From the human T2T-CHM13v2.0 reference genome, Homo sapiens, in NCBI RefSeq assembly GCF_009914755.1, contig NC_060936.1: 64,000 nt of DNA, one strand, 5' to 3'. The notes below the pieces were generated by a model that worked only from the letters and a program-made list of their open reading frames with translations, did not search any database and had not been told where the DNA came from. This document shows, piece by piece, positions 11,765-24,067 of the stretch. Made by a program: the position numbers and the translations under genes. Each line of letters starts with the position of its first letter. Within the stretch, counting starts at the first letter, position 1.

Positions 11765-12100
11765 CCTTATTCCTTGTGGGTTTTTTCTTCTTAACACCCA
11801 TTATTATGTAATGTTCTATATGTTTCACATATTTGTTTCACTTTGTTTTTTAAGGCCTTATCCACCAGAATGTGAGCTCCATAGGAACAGGGCTTTTTAT
11901 CAGTTTTACTCACTGTTTGTGTCATTAGGACTCAGGGCAGTGCTTAGCACATGGAAAGTGCTCAATTTGGATGGAGGGATGGATGAATGGATGAATGGAT
12001 GGATAGATGGATACATGGATGGATGGATGGATACATGCATGCATGCGTGGATGAAAGCATGGTTGCATGAATGGATGGACAGACGGATGGATGGACGGAT
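11765..12100 (+). mobile_element. L2 3' end with (GGAT/GAAT)n microsatellite tail
   Basis: tgtgagctccataggaacaggg...cagtgcttagcacatggaaagtgctcaa then ggatggatgaatgg repeats. Confidence 0.75.
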
Positions 12101-12427
12101 AAAAAAAATCCCAAAGCTCTACAAAACAAAATGTCAAATTCTAAATAAATCGAGTATGCCAATGAGAACACTTTTTTTAGCAAGTGAACACAGAATTTTG
12201 CCCATTTTAAAGTCTTTCAAATTTTTCCTTATAATATAAAACATATACTAGTAGCAGAACATTTAAAAATAAACCATTCCAATGCGTATCAATCTCTCCA
12301 TGCTAATCATTAAGACCACAAAGGCAAAAACCGGGCCTTGGTAATCAGTGCTTGGTAAGTACTAAGTCCTTAATATGTAGCTAAAGAATAAATGAAGTAA
12401 AACAGGATTCTAATTCCCACCAGGGAA

Positions 12428-13136
12428 GTTAGCAGTGGCAAATTTGCATGGGCCTGCAATAATTTGATTCTTGCCTCCACAGAGGAAAGAATTCAGCCAA
12501 GGGGTATAAGGCAGTATAAGAGACCAAGGCAAGTTTTAGAGCAGGAGTGAGAGTTTATTAAAAAGTTTTAGTGCAGGATTGAAAGGAGGTAAAGTACACT
12601 TGGAAGAGGGCCAGGCAGGTGACTTGATGTGTCCCATCTGACCCTTGATTTGGGGTTTTTTACATTGGCATGATTCTCAGGTTTGTGTATCTTCTCCCCT
12701 GATCCTTCCCTTGGGCGTGCTGTTCACAATGTGGTGGCCTGTCAGCACTTAGGAGTGGCTGCACGCACAGTGTATTTACTAAAGTTGTGCACATGCTCAT
12801 TTGAGACGTTTTCCCTTACTAGTCAAGTGTCCCTAGAGGAAGGTCATACACCAGTTAAACTCCACCATTTTGCCTCTTAGTGTGCATGCTTCAGCTCACT
12901 CACCCAAATCCTGAGATCCTATTGAGAAGTTGCTGATTACCAGTTTCAGGTGTTTTCTATCTATAGGGAGCCTGCCTTTCCCTGGTGCTGACTGTGACCA
13001 ATTATTATTTTAGAGAGATAGTTTAACAACTGCCTGACCGTCACCTGATGGTTGCCTGACATTTCTGGGATGAGCGGGGCGTCAGGGGGTGGCCTGTGCT
13101 GCCCTGCTCACATCTGCCTAACTACCTACTCTAACA
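12428..13136 (-). mobile_element. MER50 solo LTR (ERV1)
   Basis: Reverse strand begins tgttagagtaggtagttaggcagatgtgagcagggcag. Confidence 0.85.
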
Positions 13137-13599
13137 ATAGTAATCTACAAGTTTCCCTACAAAATATCTGCTTCAGCTTCTTGAGTATGAAATAGTCTTT
13201 GAATGTAAATCATTACTTTTTAGAATTTTAAATTCTTTGAATACTGACAAAACCAATCTAAAAATATATTTATTGTTTCCAAGGAATGCATACTTTTAGA
13301 CAAGTGACCTATGTGTTTTTATTTGCTGCAAATAATACCATAGTTTTAAAAACTCTTATGAGAAAAAATAATACTTTGACATGTTTACTTTAGACTTGAT
13401 GCTCCTTCCCTAAGGATATTCCCTTATATTTTAAACATGTTGGAGCAATTGGGGTATGAAAATAACCACAAATTATTGTATTAAAAAATTTTCTTTCATA
13501 ATCCATTTACTTAGAATAGCATTTTCAGAAATCTGTCTCATAGAAGGAAACAAAATTGTTAGACTCCAAACTGAATATGAAACAAATATGCTAACAAAT

Positions 13600-14798
13600 C
13601 TTTAAGATGGCAAATTATAAATGGTCTACTGCCATAAGGATAGCCATACAGACAAACAGAATTCAGAGTCCAGAAACACACCATGACATTATCGTCAGTT
13701 GATTTCAATAAGCTGCCAAGACAATTCAGTAGGAAAATAATAGTCTTTTTAACAAATGGTGCTGGGACAACTAGACAGCCATATGAAAAAGAATGAAGTT
13801 GGAGTCCTACGTCACACCAGACACAAAAATTAACTCACAAACCATACATCTGGTAAAGAGTTAATTCTAAAATATGTAAGGAACTCAAACAGCCCAATAA
13901 CAGACAAATAAGATTTTAAAACGAGCAAAGGACCTGAATAAACATTTCTCAAAAGATGATGTACAAATAGCCAACAGGTGTATGAAGAATGCTCTCAACA
14001 TCACTAATCAAAAGAGAAACACAAATTAAAACAACAATGAGATATCACCTGACATCTATTAGAATGGCCATTATCAAAAATACAAAAGATAGCAAGTGTT
14101 GGAGAGGATGTGGAGAAAAGGAACCCTTGTACGTTGTTAATGGATATGTAAATTAGTACATACATTGTGGAAAACAGTATTGAGCTTCCTCGAAAAATTA
14201 AAAATAAAACTGCCATATGATCCAGCTATCCTGTGTATATTTCCAAAGGAAATGAAATCAATATGTCAAAGCAACATCTGCACTCCCATGTTCATTGCAG
14301 TATTATTCACAATAGCCAAGATATGGATTCAATCTAAGTATCCATCAACAGATAAATGGATAAAGATATTTGGTATACATACACAAGAGAATAATATTCA
14401 GACTTTTTAAAAAGGCAATCTTGTCATTTGCAACATCATCGATAAACCTGGAGGACATTATGTTAAGTGAAATAAGCCAGGCACAGAAAGACAAATACCA
14501 CATGACCTCAGTTATATGTGTAATCTAAAAAGTGTAACTCATAGCAGCAGAGAATAGAATGGGGGTTATCAGAGGCTGTGGGAAGGAGTTGTGTCCAAAG
14601 ATGCAAAATTTCGGTTAGACTGGAGGAATAATTCAAGAGATCTATTGTACATGGTGACTACGGGTTAACACAACACATTGTGTACTTGAAAATTGCTGAG
14701 AGAGTATTTTGAGTGCTCTCACCACAAAAAAGTGATAAGTATCTGAAGTAATTTATATATTAATGAACTTGATTTAGCCATTCCACAATGCATACATA
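13600..14798 (+). mobile_element. L1 (L1MA-type) ORF2 3' end and 3'UTR, internally deleted
   Basis: aaatggtgctgggacaact, ccatatgatccagc, atgttcattgcag, acctggaggacattatgttaagtgaaataagccaggcacagaaagacaaata. Confidence 0.9.
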
Positions 14799-15089
14799 TG
14801 CTATGATTTGAATGTTTGTCCTCTCTAAAACTCATGTTGAAACTTAATCTCCATTGTAACAGCATTAAAAGGGTGGGAAATCTGACCATGGTATTTAAGA
14901 GGTGGGACCTTTGCAAGGTAATTAAGATAGATGAAGTCACGAGGGCGGAGCATTAGTGGCTTTATATTAGTAGCATTAGTGGCTTTCTCTTTAGAAAGAG
15001 AGACTGATCTAGCATACTCAGCCCTCTTGCCCTATGATGTCTTCTGCCATGTTGTGACACAGCATGAGGCCCTCACCAGAAACCAACCA
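14799..15089 (+). mobile_element. MST/MLT1A-type MaLR LTR, 3'-truncated
   Basis: tgctatgatttgaatgtttgtcc...aaactcatgttgaaacttaatc...gaggccctcaccagaaacc. Confidence 0.8.
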
Positions 15090-15096
15090 TATATCT

Positions 15097-15225
15097 GATA
15101 TCACCTCACATCTACTAGAATGGCTATTATCAAAAATATAAAAGATAGCAAGTGTTGGAGAGGATATGGACAAAATGCAACCCTTGTACACTGTTAGTGG
15201 ATATGTAAATTAGTACATACATTGT
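15097..15225 (+). repeat. Local copy of the L1 segment 14041-14168
   Basis: About 90% identical by eye, sharing the stretch ggatatgtaaattagtacatacattgt. Confidence 0.85.
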
Positions 15226-15469
15226 ATGTATGAATATGTACGTACAATGTATGTACTACCTACATTGTATGTATATGTACATACAATGTATGTACTACCT
15301 ACATTGTATGTATGAATATGTACGTACAGTGTATGTACTACCTACATTGTATGTATGAATATGTACGTACAATGTATGTACTACCTACATTGTATGTATG
15401 AATATGTACGTACAATGTATGTACTACCTACATTGTATGTATGAATATGTACGTACAATGTATGTACTA
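15218..15469. repeat. 43-bp minisatellite, 6 copies, palindromic unit
   Basis: Unit tacattgtatgtatgaatatgtacgtacaatgtatgtactacc; copies start at 15218, 15261 (39 bp), 15300, 15343, 15386, 15429. Confidence 0.95.
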
Positions 15470-15507
15470 TATACACTGGAGTCCTACCTCACACCAGACA
15501 AAAAATA

Positions 15508-15645
15508 TTTCTGCTGCTATAACAAAATGCCACATACTGGGTAATTTATTAGTAACAGAAATTTATTTCTTATAGCTCTGGCAGCTGTGAAGTCCAAGAT
15601 CAAGATTTCAGTAGATTTGGTGTCTGGGGAGAGCCCACTCCCTGT
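15508..15645 (-). mobile_element. MLT1A/MST LTR 3' fragment
   Basis: ctgctgctataacaaaatgccacatactgggtaatttat...aagtccaagatcaag. Confidence 0.75.
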
Positions 15646-15783
15646 TGCCAGTCACAATGGCATACACCTGTAATCCCAGCTACCTGGGAGGCTGGGGCAG
15701 GAGGATCACTTAAGCCCAGGAGCCTAAGTCCAGCCTGGACAACATAGAGAGACCTCATATCCACAAAATAAATAAAAATAAAT
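15646..15783 (+). mobile_element. Free Alu monomer (FLAM-type)
   Basis: Single arm cctgtaatcccagctac...ggatcacttaagcccagg...A-rich tail. Confidence 0.8.
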
Positions 15784-16838
15784 TTAAAAGTAATCAAATA
15801 AATATTTTAAAAATGAAATTGCCTTGGAGAACAACTCAATATGAACCTCACCTCAATTCTAATTTTGTAGATTTCTACATCTTTCAACTGGAAAGAACCC
15901 TAGCAATCTTATTTTCATTTCTGTTTGAGAAAAGACAACCAGAAAACTTTCTTAGACTAAGAAAATATATATGAATTTTCCTTTCTTCTGAAGATCAGAT
16001 AAGTCAAAGTGCTTTGCAAAGAACTGGCCCTGTAAATATAGTGTATTATAATTGTCACTTTCTTCACATTAAAGTTCATAAATGAAAGAATAGGAGTGTA
16101 TGCTTTTTCTCTTTGGCCCCCTCGTCTAGCTTTCCACGCAGCTTTAACAGAATTTCAAACCAAGTATTCCTCTCCCTCTAAGAGGGATTTGAATATTACA
16201 TGAGAAGGCTTAAAAGCATATAGGAAAAACCTGCTTCCTGAAAGTCTTCATTGATTGAACTTGCTTCAGAAGGCCACTTGCTCCCTCTCCTCCTTCAGCC
16301 TCCAACTCCCTCCCAAAAACAGAGGGGGAAAATCAATGTTTTGTTTCTCAGTGCTGTCAAAGGCTATGGCTAAATAGCAAAAACAAGTAAGAGTGATATG
16401 GATATATACTTCCCTCCTGAACTACTGAATAAATATTAAAGCAGTAATCCAGATATCTTTTTGTGCATGAGCCTTTAATTGTAAAATAGGAAGAGTGTAA
16501 ACAACAGACTTTTCTACTGAGGATTTAAAAACAATTTTACAATATTGGAAAAATAGTTTAACATTAAAATTGAGAGGAAAATTTATGGAAATAGGCCTAT
16601 GTGTTCCAAAAGCAATGGAAGGGAAAAAATGAGATCACAAAGTTACTGAGTTCTTAGTGAAAAAAAACATAACCTTGCAGTTCTTCACCATTCTAGTCAA
16701 GTTTCCATCAAATTCTGGTGAGAGTACTAAAGAAAAAAGTTGAATCAATCAGGTTTCTAATACACCACTCTAAAAGAAACGTTAAGATGCTGGTCTACAT
16801 ATCTAGCAAAAGTTGTTCAGAAGTGTTTATTGTCATTT

Positions 16839-17180
16839 TGTCTAAATCTGTTCCTGCTCCTGTAACAAAATACTATAGACTGGGTAATTTATAAATAATG
16901 GAAACGTATTTCTCACAGTTTTGGAGGCTGGGAAGTCTAAGATCAAACTGCCGGCAGATTTGATTCAGTGTCTGAAGGCTTGGTCTCTGCTTCTGAGATG
17001 GTATCTTGTTGCTGCCTCCTCCAGTGGTGGCAAACACTGTGCTCTCACATGGTGAAAGTGATGGAAGGGCAAAAGGATCTACTTGGTTGCCTCCAGCCTT
17101 TTATAAGTGCATTAGTTCTATCCACGAGAGCAGAGCCCTCAAACCTAATCACCATCTAAAGACCCCACCTTTTTTTAATT
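16839..17180 (-). mobile_element. MSTC/MSTD-like MaLR LTR
   Basis: aacaaaatactatagactgggtaatttataa...ggaggctgggaagtctaagatc...cctaatcacc. Confidence 0.8.
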
Positions 17181-17187
17181 ATTGTTA

Positions 17188-17433
17188 TTCTTTCTTTTAG
17201 ATACAAGGTCTTCCTCTGTCTCCCAGGCTGGGATGCATTGACGCAATCATAGTTCACTATAACCTGGAACTCCTGGGCTCAAGCGAACCTCCCCCATCAG
17301 CCTCCTAAGTAGCTAAGACCACAGGTGCAAGCTACCACGCCCCACTGATTTTTAACTCTTTTTTGTAACCCTCCTGCCTCACCTCAGCCTCCTAAATTGT
17401 TGGGATTACAGGGGTGAGCCACTGTGCCCGGCC
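17188..17433 (-). mobile_element. AluJ with internal deletion
   Basis: ctcctgggctcaagcga; part of the left arm is missing after ttttttgta. Confidence 0.85.
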
Positions 17434-18352
17434 CTAGAAAATTTAGTAATCAACGCAATGGCTGAATTTTATGATTTATAGTTGCAAAAAGACAAGGGGA
17501 CAATTCCCAGAGGAGTAGATTTGTGAAATGTCTTAAGGAAAGTGTAGGATTTTCTCTGGAAAAAAAAAAAAAAAAAAAAAGCGAGTTTAAGGGAAGTCCT
17601 TTAGAAGCAAAAAGACCAAGACCAAAATGGTAAGGCTGAGGCCAAATCAGGCAGAACCCTTTCGGTTAGGAAAAGCAGTTTGGACTTCATCCTGTAGAGT
17701 ACACTTTGCTGGGCCACTGAAGAGTTTACCACCAGGGTAGACCATGCTAATTGCATAGTGTCACCTTTTCTGAAATTCCTATACATTTCAGCCAAATGTT
17801 ATAAACTATTTTAAAGTGAGATATTTCTCACTAGAAACCTTTAAAATGTGACTGTCTGATAATTATGCTGTAAACCATTGCTCTGTGTCTTATTACACTC
17901 AGACCTGCTTGCTATCTGCTTTACAGACTCTTACTTGCTTTTGCCTTTGATGTTTTGTGTACCTGTTTATGTTTATCAGTCTAAAGTTGCTCTCTATTAC
18001 TGCATTTGTAAAAATCAATTGGGGAGCTAATCATCAGACTCCAGTGATCTTGTTTGCACCATTTCAGAGTATTCATCATGTACACACATTGGTTTTCATC
18101 CAAATAAATTCTAGCCAGATACAAGCTATGATTTTTAAAATTGCCCTACTATAAACAGGAAGCCAGCTACTTAGGTAAACAAAAACAGCAAAGTCTCTTC
18201 CTTAATACAAAGAGTCGGAAATCGATTACAATCAGGCTATATGCTGGGAATCTGACCAATCTTGGTTCCCAAGTGAAGTCAATATTTGCTCGACATTTAT
18301 TTAAAAGAAGTGTAAATCATCAACCACGCCTCACTTAGCCCCTTAAGTTATA

Positions 18353-18691
18353 CAGTCATCTGTCAAGATACGTGAGGAATTAGTTCAGGACCCCGCAGGA
18401 TTCGAAAATCTATGGATGTTCAAGTCCCTTATATAAAATGGTGTAGTATTTGCAGATAACCTATGCATATAGCCCTATATACTTTACATTATTTCTAGAT
18501 TGTTTGTAATTTCTAATGCAATGTAAATGCTTTGTAAATAGTTGTTATACTGCATTGTTTAGGGGATAATGACAAGAAAAAAATCTATACATGTTCCGCA
18601 GAGACATAACCATCTTTTTTTTCCCAAATATTTTCAATCCCAGGTTGGTCGAATCCACAGATACAAACCTACAAATACAAAGGGCCAACTC
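18353..18691. mobile_element. MER2 (TcMar-Tigger) DNA transposon
   Basis: TA-flanked; caagtcccttatataaaatggtgtagtatttgca...aggggataatgacaagaaaaaa...aagggccaact. Confidence 0.85.
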
Positions 18692-21615
18692 TACTCTAGA
18701 ATAGTTTGAATGACACTTAGACTACAGCTGGACATGAGCTGTAGTTTAAGAGTTTCTAATTGTGTAGAAGTCTTGCTAAAAGGATTACTCTAGAACAAAC
18801 ATTTTCATCATATAAATCATTCCTACTTTGTCATGACAGTATTTTATTCTGAACTTCTAAATACTTACCAAAGCTACCTCAAGGTAAAGAGAAAACATTC
18901 AATAGCTCCTTTCATTAACGAGATAAAGCAAATACGTACTACATGGAATCTGCCTATTTTTGTTTTATTTTTATCTCAAAACGAAGGAGTCATAGTTTCA
19001 CTACTTGAAAGTGTCTCAAAGATGAATTACCATTAAAGTCACAGGGACAATCCACTCCTGACATTCTCTTAAGCAACACTGATTAGCTAATAAACTGGTT
19101 CATTTGCACTTGTTCCCCACAGAACAATATTATTCTTATTTTATCTTACTCTTCTGACCCTGAGCTATAACATCCCATTGAAAATACAGGTATATTAGCA
19201 GTGTCTCACTGCAATTTAGAAGTGAGTTCTAAGAAAACTAAAGACAAAGACATGCCTATTTTCAGTAAAAAATACTGTTCAGGCAAAGCCTTTTAATCTA
19301 AACCCCTTTAAGACTGAAAGTCGTTTTAGTCTCAATTAACTCATGATTAGATTGTGTTAGAGAGAAAGCTTTCAACAAAATATCTACCAGTTCTAAAAAC
19401 ATAGCATTTTAAAAAAATCCTTAGCCTGACCTCTGGTCCTTTACAAGACTTCCTACTATTTATAGTTCAGTGAAAATAGATTTTGTTCATTCTATCCTAG
19501 TTCTACATAGACTATTGGTTTATAGATGTGTTTAATAAATCGCTGCAAGATTCTTTCAGATAGAAAATGCTTTGCTTCTTCTTTCCAGCATCTAATTCAC
19601 TGGGTAGATTTAAAAATAAAATTGGTCCATCAAATAGCACAGCTCAGAAGAAACTGCTTTGTGGTTATAGAGCATCAGGCCCACTTTAAAAGCAATGACT
19701 GTCTGGTTCTTTTGAAGGAGACCATTCAAGTGCACACGAAGTGGATGACTCTGCAGTCTCTTAACAGGGGACACGGCTGTGAATGCAGAGCTCTGCCTGT
19801 CTTCTGCCCAGAAAGAACAGTCTGGAGCAGTTGAAATAGAAAGAAATTCTTGTGAGAATCACATGAAGACAGAAAGCCAATGTCCACAAATGAGTTCTCA
19901 GGCCCAACTACCTGTGATTGTTATTCTCCACTTCTAAACTGAATCAATACCAGCCAATAGAGATTTCTGGAGGTAAGGTCTGGTGTGGTCACATTTTGCT
20001 TCTTTCCGTTTGAAGCATAAGCTTTCTTCCTAAGAATCTTTTGATGCATTTAGTATAAAGGATACAGTAAAATCCATTAACTTTGGTCTTACTCCATTTT
20101 CGTTTTAAATGTATCGGCATTTTATTTGAAATTATATTAGGAACGTCTGATTTTCCTACAATGTACATTGGTTACTTTTATAATCAGGAAAAATAAACTA
20201 ATTAAAAGAAATTACATTGGAGGCAGTGAGGTTATCAAACTGTTCCTTAGTTATGTAATCTACTCATTGAAAGAAACAAGGAAAGACATTCATCTTCCTT
20301 GCTATATTTCAACATTTTCACCGAAACTTTATCCTTCTGTTTAAAAATACTTTCTGACAATTCCTTTTATTTCATTAAGATTGCATGATCCCTTTTAAAC
20401 GTTTTTCTCTGAATAACCTGGACGGACATTTTCCCCCAGGGCCTGGGCTTAATGAACATTCTTCCATCACAAACCTCTTCGACTTGTTAAAAGGGCCCTC
20501 AAATACATAAGCTGATACTTCAGAGACAGCAGTGCTGCCCTCAGAGCTCCAGATTCAGAATAAAACTACTTAAAATACATCAATTTTCAATATTTCAAGT
20601 ACATGAGGGGAAAATTGGCAATTATTGGCCTAAAGCAAAATTAATGCTGCATCAAATTTAGATGTGTTTAATTCCACCCTAAATCTGTAACAAGGTGGCA
20701 CCCAGATAAACTACTGTGTCCATGATAAATATTGAAAATTCCAATTAAGAATATTAATTAATAAACTGTTTTCAGGAAGCTACAATATAAACACAGTTTT
20801 AAACATGTAGCAGACAAGTAAATAATAGTATGGCTTTTAAAAATCCATTTCATCGGACCCCAGATGCCTGATTCCTTATGTGGGCTCCTACCCCTAATTT
20901 TGGAGTTAAATTGAGATCTGGCCCTTCAACTGCCCCGGGCTGTCTGCCATGAGTAGACGAAGCATAGCTTATAGACAAGTCAGCCCTAGCACTCCCCATC
21001 GGGTACCATTCCTACCTCAGAGCATGAGCAGTCAATTTTGTTATTTAACGTTTTATTTCCCTGAGGTACTTTTGATATAGCATGCACTCAACTTTAAAGC
21101 ACTGCCACCATATGAGTATCACAAAGAACCCCATCAAAGCTGCTCTTCATGGTTGTGTCTCAAGATTGGCCCTAACCCAATATTACCAACCTGCACCTGC
21201 TTTCAAGTTTGATCCAACAAACAGCTGGCAAGCTAGGGCTTTTGAGAAGCTTCTTGCTGTGCCGGACCACTTTTTGGCATTTAGGCATGTTTATTCAACA
21301 GTTTGGAAGCCCCACTGGGTAGTTGTCTGGCATTTTTTCAGAAGTCAGCAAGGTGCAAAACATCACATGAAATTGTCTTTCTTAGTATTTCAAAGGCTCA
21401 ATCTGCTCCATTGCTTTTAATTAGCCTATTCTGACCCAATTAAATTCATTCATTCATTCAAAATTATATTTCTTAATTCCACTATTCAGCTTAAACCAGT
21501 TGTCCAAGCTCAATAGGCAACTAATTTTCACATTCGCCAGAGTACACAGGGAAAAGCATGAGGCTGGTAAAATCATATCTATATTTACGTCTTTTGTGGA
21601 TATTTCATAGCATCA

Positions 21616-21846
21616 GACCAGAAAGCTCAACTGATTAGAGTAAGGCGCTAATGAGGCCAAGGTTGTGGATTCGATCTCTGCATGAGCCAATTAACTTCAT
21701 TTAGACAAAACCACCATTCCACAGATGCAGACTAAACTCTTAAATCCAGCCCGCCATGTGAAAAACCTCACCAGTGAGCTCAAGGGAATATTAAGAGAAC
21801 AAGTGTGGGAAGTTCAGGGCAAGTCCCCGCCACTGCTTAGAGAAAA
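21616..21846 (+). mobile_element. MamSINE1-like ancient tRNA(Ile)-headed SINE
   Basis: Head gaccagaaagctcaactgattagag...gctaatgaggccaaggttgtggattcgatc...gagcca with A/B boxes; the body downstream resembles the recalled MamSINE1 consensus. Confidence 0.7.
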
Positions 21847-22859
21847 GAGAAAAATTTGTAAGTCATTCATTCATCAATAAACATCCCACATCTACCAGTG
21901 TGCAAAGTAATGTCCTAGGCAACTGACAGGTAAAAAGAAAATTAAGATGGGTAGAGCAGCTTACAACCTGACATCCAATTTCAGGAGATGTCCTTCCCAA
22001 CAAAGAAATAAAGCCTAATATTAAGGTTGAGATGTGTAAAAAGGAAACTACAATATAAGCAAGAAGTAATTAGTAGACATAATATGATGTATGGTAAGCG
22101 CCATGAACTTTAAAAAGCATCAGAGTCTTACAAAGGACAGGAAGTTCATGTTTAGCTAATACAATCAAGATGATTTTACGAAAAAAGTGAAATCTGGTCT
22201 GAAATTTATGGGAAAAATTGAGAGAAAATTCTAAAAAGATAGGTTATAACCAGATACTAGAAGACTTTGAATACAAAATAATAAGTTTTGTCTTGTAAGA
22301 AACAAAAAATATTTTAATACAGCAAATGACCTGGTCAGAACACTGAGGGGCTAAGGTGGCAGGGGGATGTAGGACACAGTGAAGACAGGCAGGTCTGGAT
22401 AAAAGCAGCCAAAATGACACTTGCTTGGTATCCTGTATTCCAGGGTCAAGGAGAATAGAAACAGATTCAGGAAATACTAGGAAAATGGAAATAGATAGGA
22501 CTTGGAAACTGACCAGATGGAAGAAATTATTGAAGGAAGGGAAATCAAAAATATATGAAGTTTCAAAATGTAGTGACAGGGAAAATGGTAGTACCATAAA
22601 CAGAAATAGGGAATAGAATGAAAGGCTTAGAATTAACCAGGAAGAGGCAGGAAGGCAGATGATGCTGCTGAATATATGCTTGTATATGCTGAGTTTGAGG
22701 TATTGGGAAAACACTCAGCTGGATTCATACAGCGTGCTATTAGTTGTAAAAAGAAATAAGTCAATAATATCAAACATTGAAAAAGAATAATGGAGAATGA
22801 AAAGAGACAAAAATCTATCTGATTTGATAATAAGGACACTTGGTAGGTTCAACAAATGT

Positions 22860-23240
22860 ATTTTTGTTATTTTTCCTCTGGGCACGTGGTAGGTTTATAC
22901 TACCTCAACTGGCCCCATTGGTGAGATGGCGCTGTGTGACTGGTCCTGGCCAATGAGTTTGAGCACAAATTACCTGTCACATTTCCAGGCCAGAAAATAT
23001 AGTTTTCTGGTGCAAAACTTGGCAGAATTCCCTTTTCCTTTGCCAAGGCAACCTGCCATGTTCCAAACGTGGGCTGCTTCATCAGCCTGGGTCTCAGAGC
23101 GAAGATGAGCCCCCAGCCCACCTGCAATGTTGTGGTGGTCATATATACAACTCATATATACAACATGCATGAGAAGCACACCTTTGAGATTTTCGGCAGT
23201 TGAGATTCTGGCTAAAATCAAGCCCATATTGACTGATAGA
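22860..23240 (+). mobile_element. MLT1I/J-like MaLR LTR
   Basis: tgtgactggtcctggccaatgag...tgcttcatcagcctgggtctcagag. Confidence 0.65.
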
Positions 23241-23419
23241 GGAGAATTTTTCATAACTATCAAGACAGCAGCTTCACTAAAGAGATGAGGAAAAAGTCTG
23301 TCTGCAAGGTTTGAAGTGATAGGATGGGGGAAAAGGTGAAGTATTCAGCACAGTATTAATCTAGTCTTAAACAGATGAAAAGAATTCAGCAACTTTGAAG
23401 CTGACAGAAGACAGAAATA

Positions 23420-23545
23420 GGCCGGGTACGGTGGCTCACACCCATAATCCCAGCACATTGGGAGGATGAGGCAGGAGGACCACTTGAGACCAGGAGTTTG
23501 ACACCAGCCTGGGCAACATAGTGAGACCCTATCTCTCCAAAAGAA
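23420..23545 (+). mobile_element. FLAM_C / Alu left monomer
   Basis: ggccgggtacggtggctcac...cagcctgggcaacatagtgagaccctatctct. Confidence 0.85.
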
Positions 23546-24067
23546 AATGTTTTAAAAGAGAAGAGAGAAACAGATTGTGAGAGTTGTTGTTATTACCTTA
23601 ATACAAGGAAGAAGTAACAAGAGAGAAAGATTATGGGAGATAAAAATATTAATAGAGGAAGATTTCAAAATATCTGAAAGAGGGTCAAAGGTTACCTTTG
23701 GAAAGGAATAATAAAGAGAAGGATTAATTAGCCTTAAGGAAATATTAAGATGCGGAGAGAAAGAAGGCGAAGAACTCATGTCAGACAGTTTCAGTTAATA
23801 GTGCCATCTTCCTTTCCAAAGGCTAACATGCTTTAACTTTATCAGGTTTTGCCTCTACTCATGAAATACTAAATAAAAGCAAAGTCTTTCATAAAAATGT
23901 ATCCTCTTTTAGTATACGTGAATAATTACAATGTTCTGAACACAACGCTAAGCATGGTGAGGGACACAAGCATCTAGGGCCTGCCCAGCAATCACTTCAG
24001 TCAACTTACATTCAAGATAGAGGGAAATTAGTGAATGCAGAAGACTGTATTACCCAGTGTTTTAGAG

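Noticed and set aside
11811-12239. 142-aa ORF with WMDG repeats
   Set aside because: Translation of an L2 tail (GGAT)n microsatellite
15218-15469. CRISPR-like array of palindromic repeats
   Set aside because: Units are head-to-tail with no unique spacers, there are no cas genes, the context is primate, and the unit derives from adjacent L1 sequence
21616-21689. Functional tRNA-Ile(AAT) gene
   Set aside because: Many stem-breaking substitutions, no oligo-T terminator directly after it, and similarity continues into a SINE body
22244-22714. 156-aa hydrophobic ORF resembling a membrane protein
   Set aside because: F/L/S-rich translation of the T-rich strand of decayed L2-like sequence
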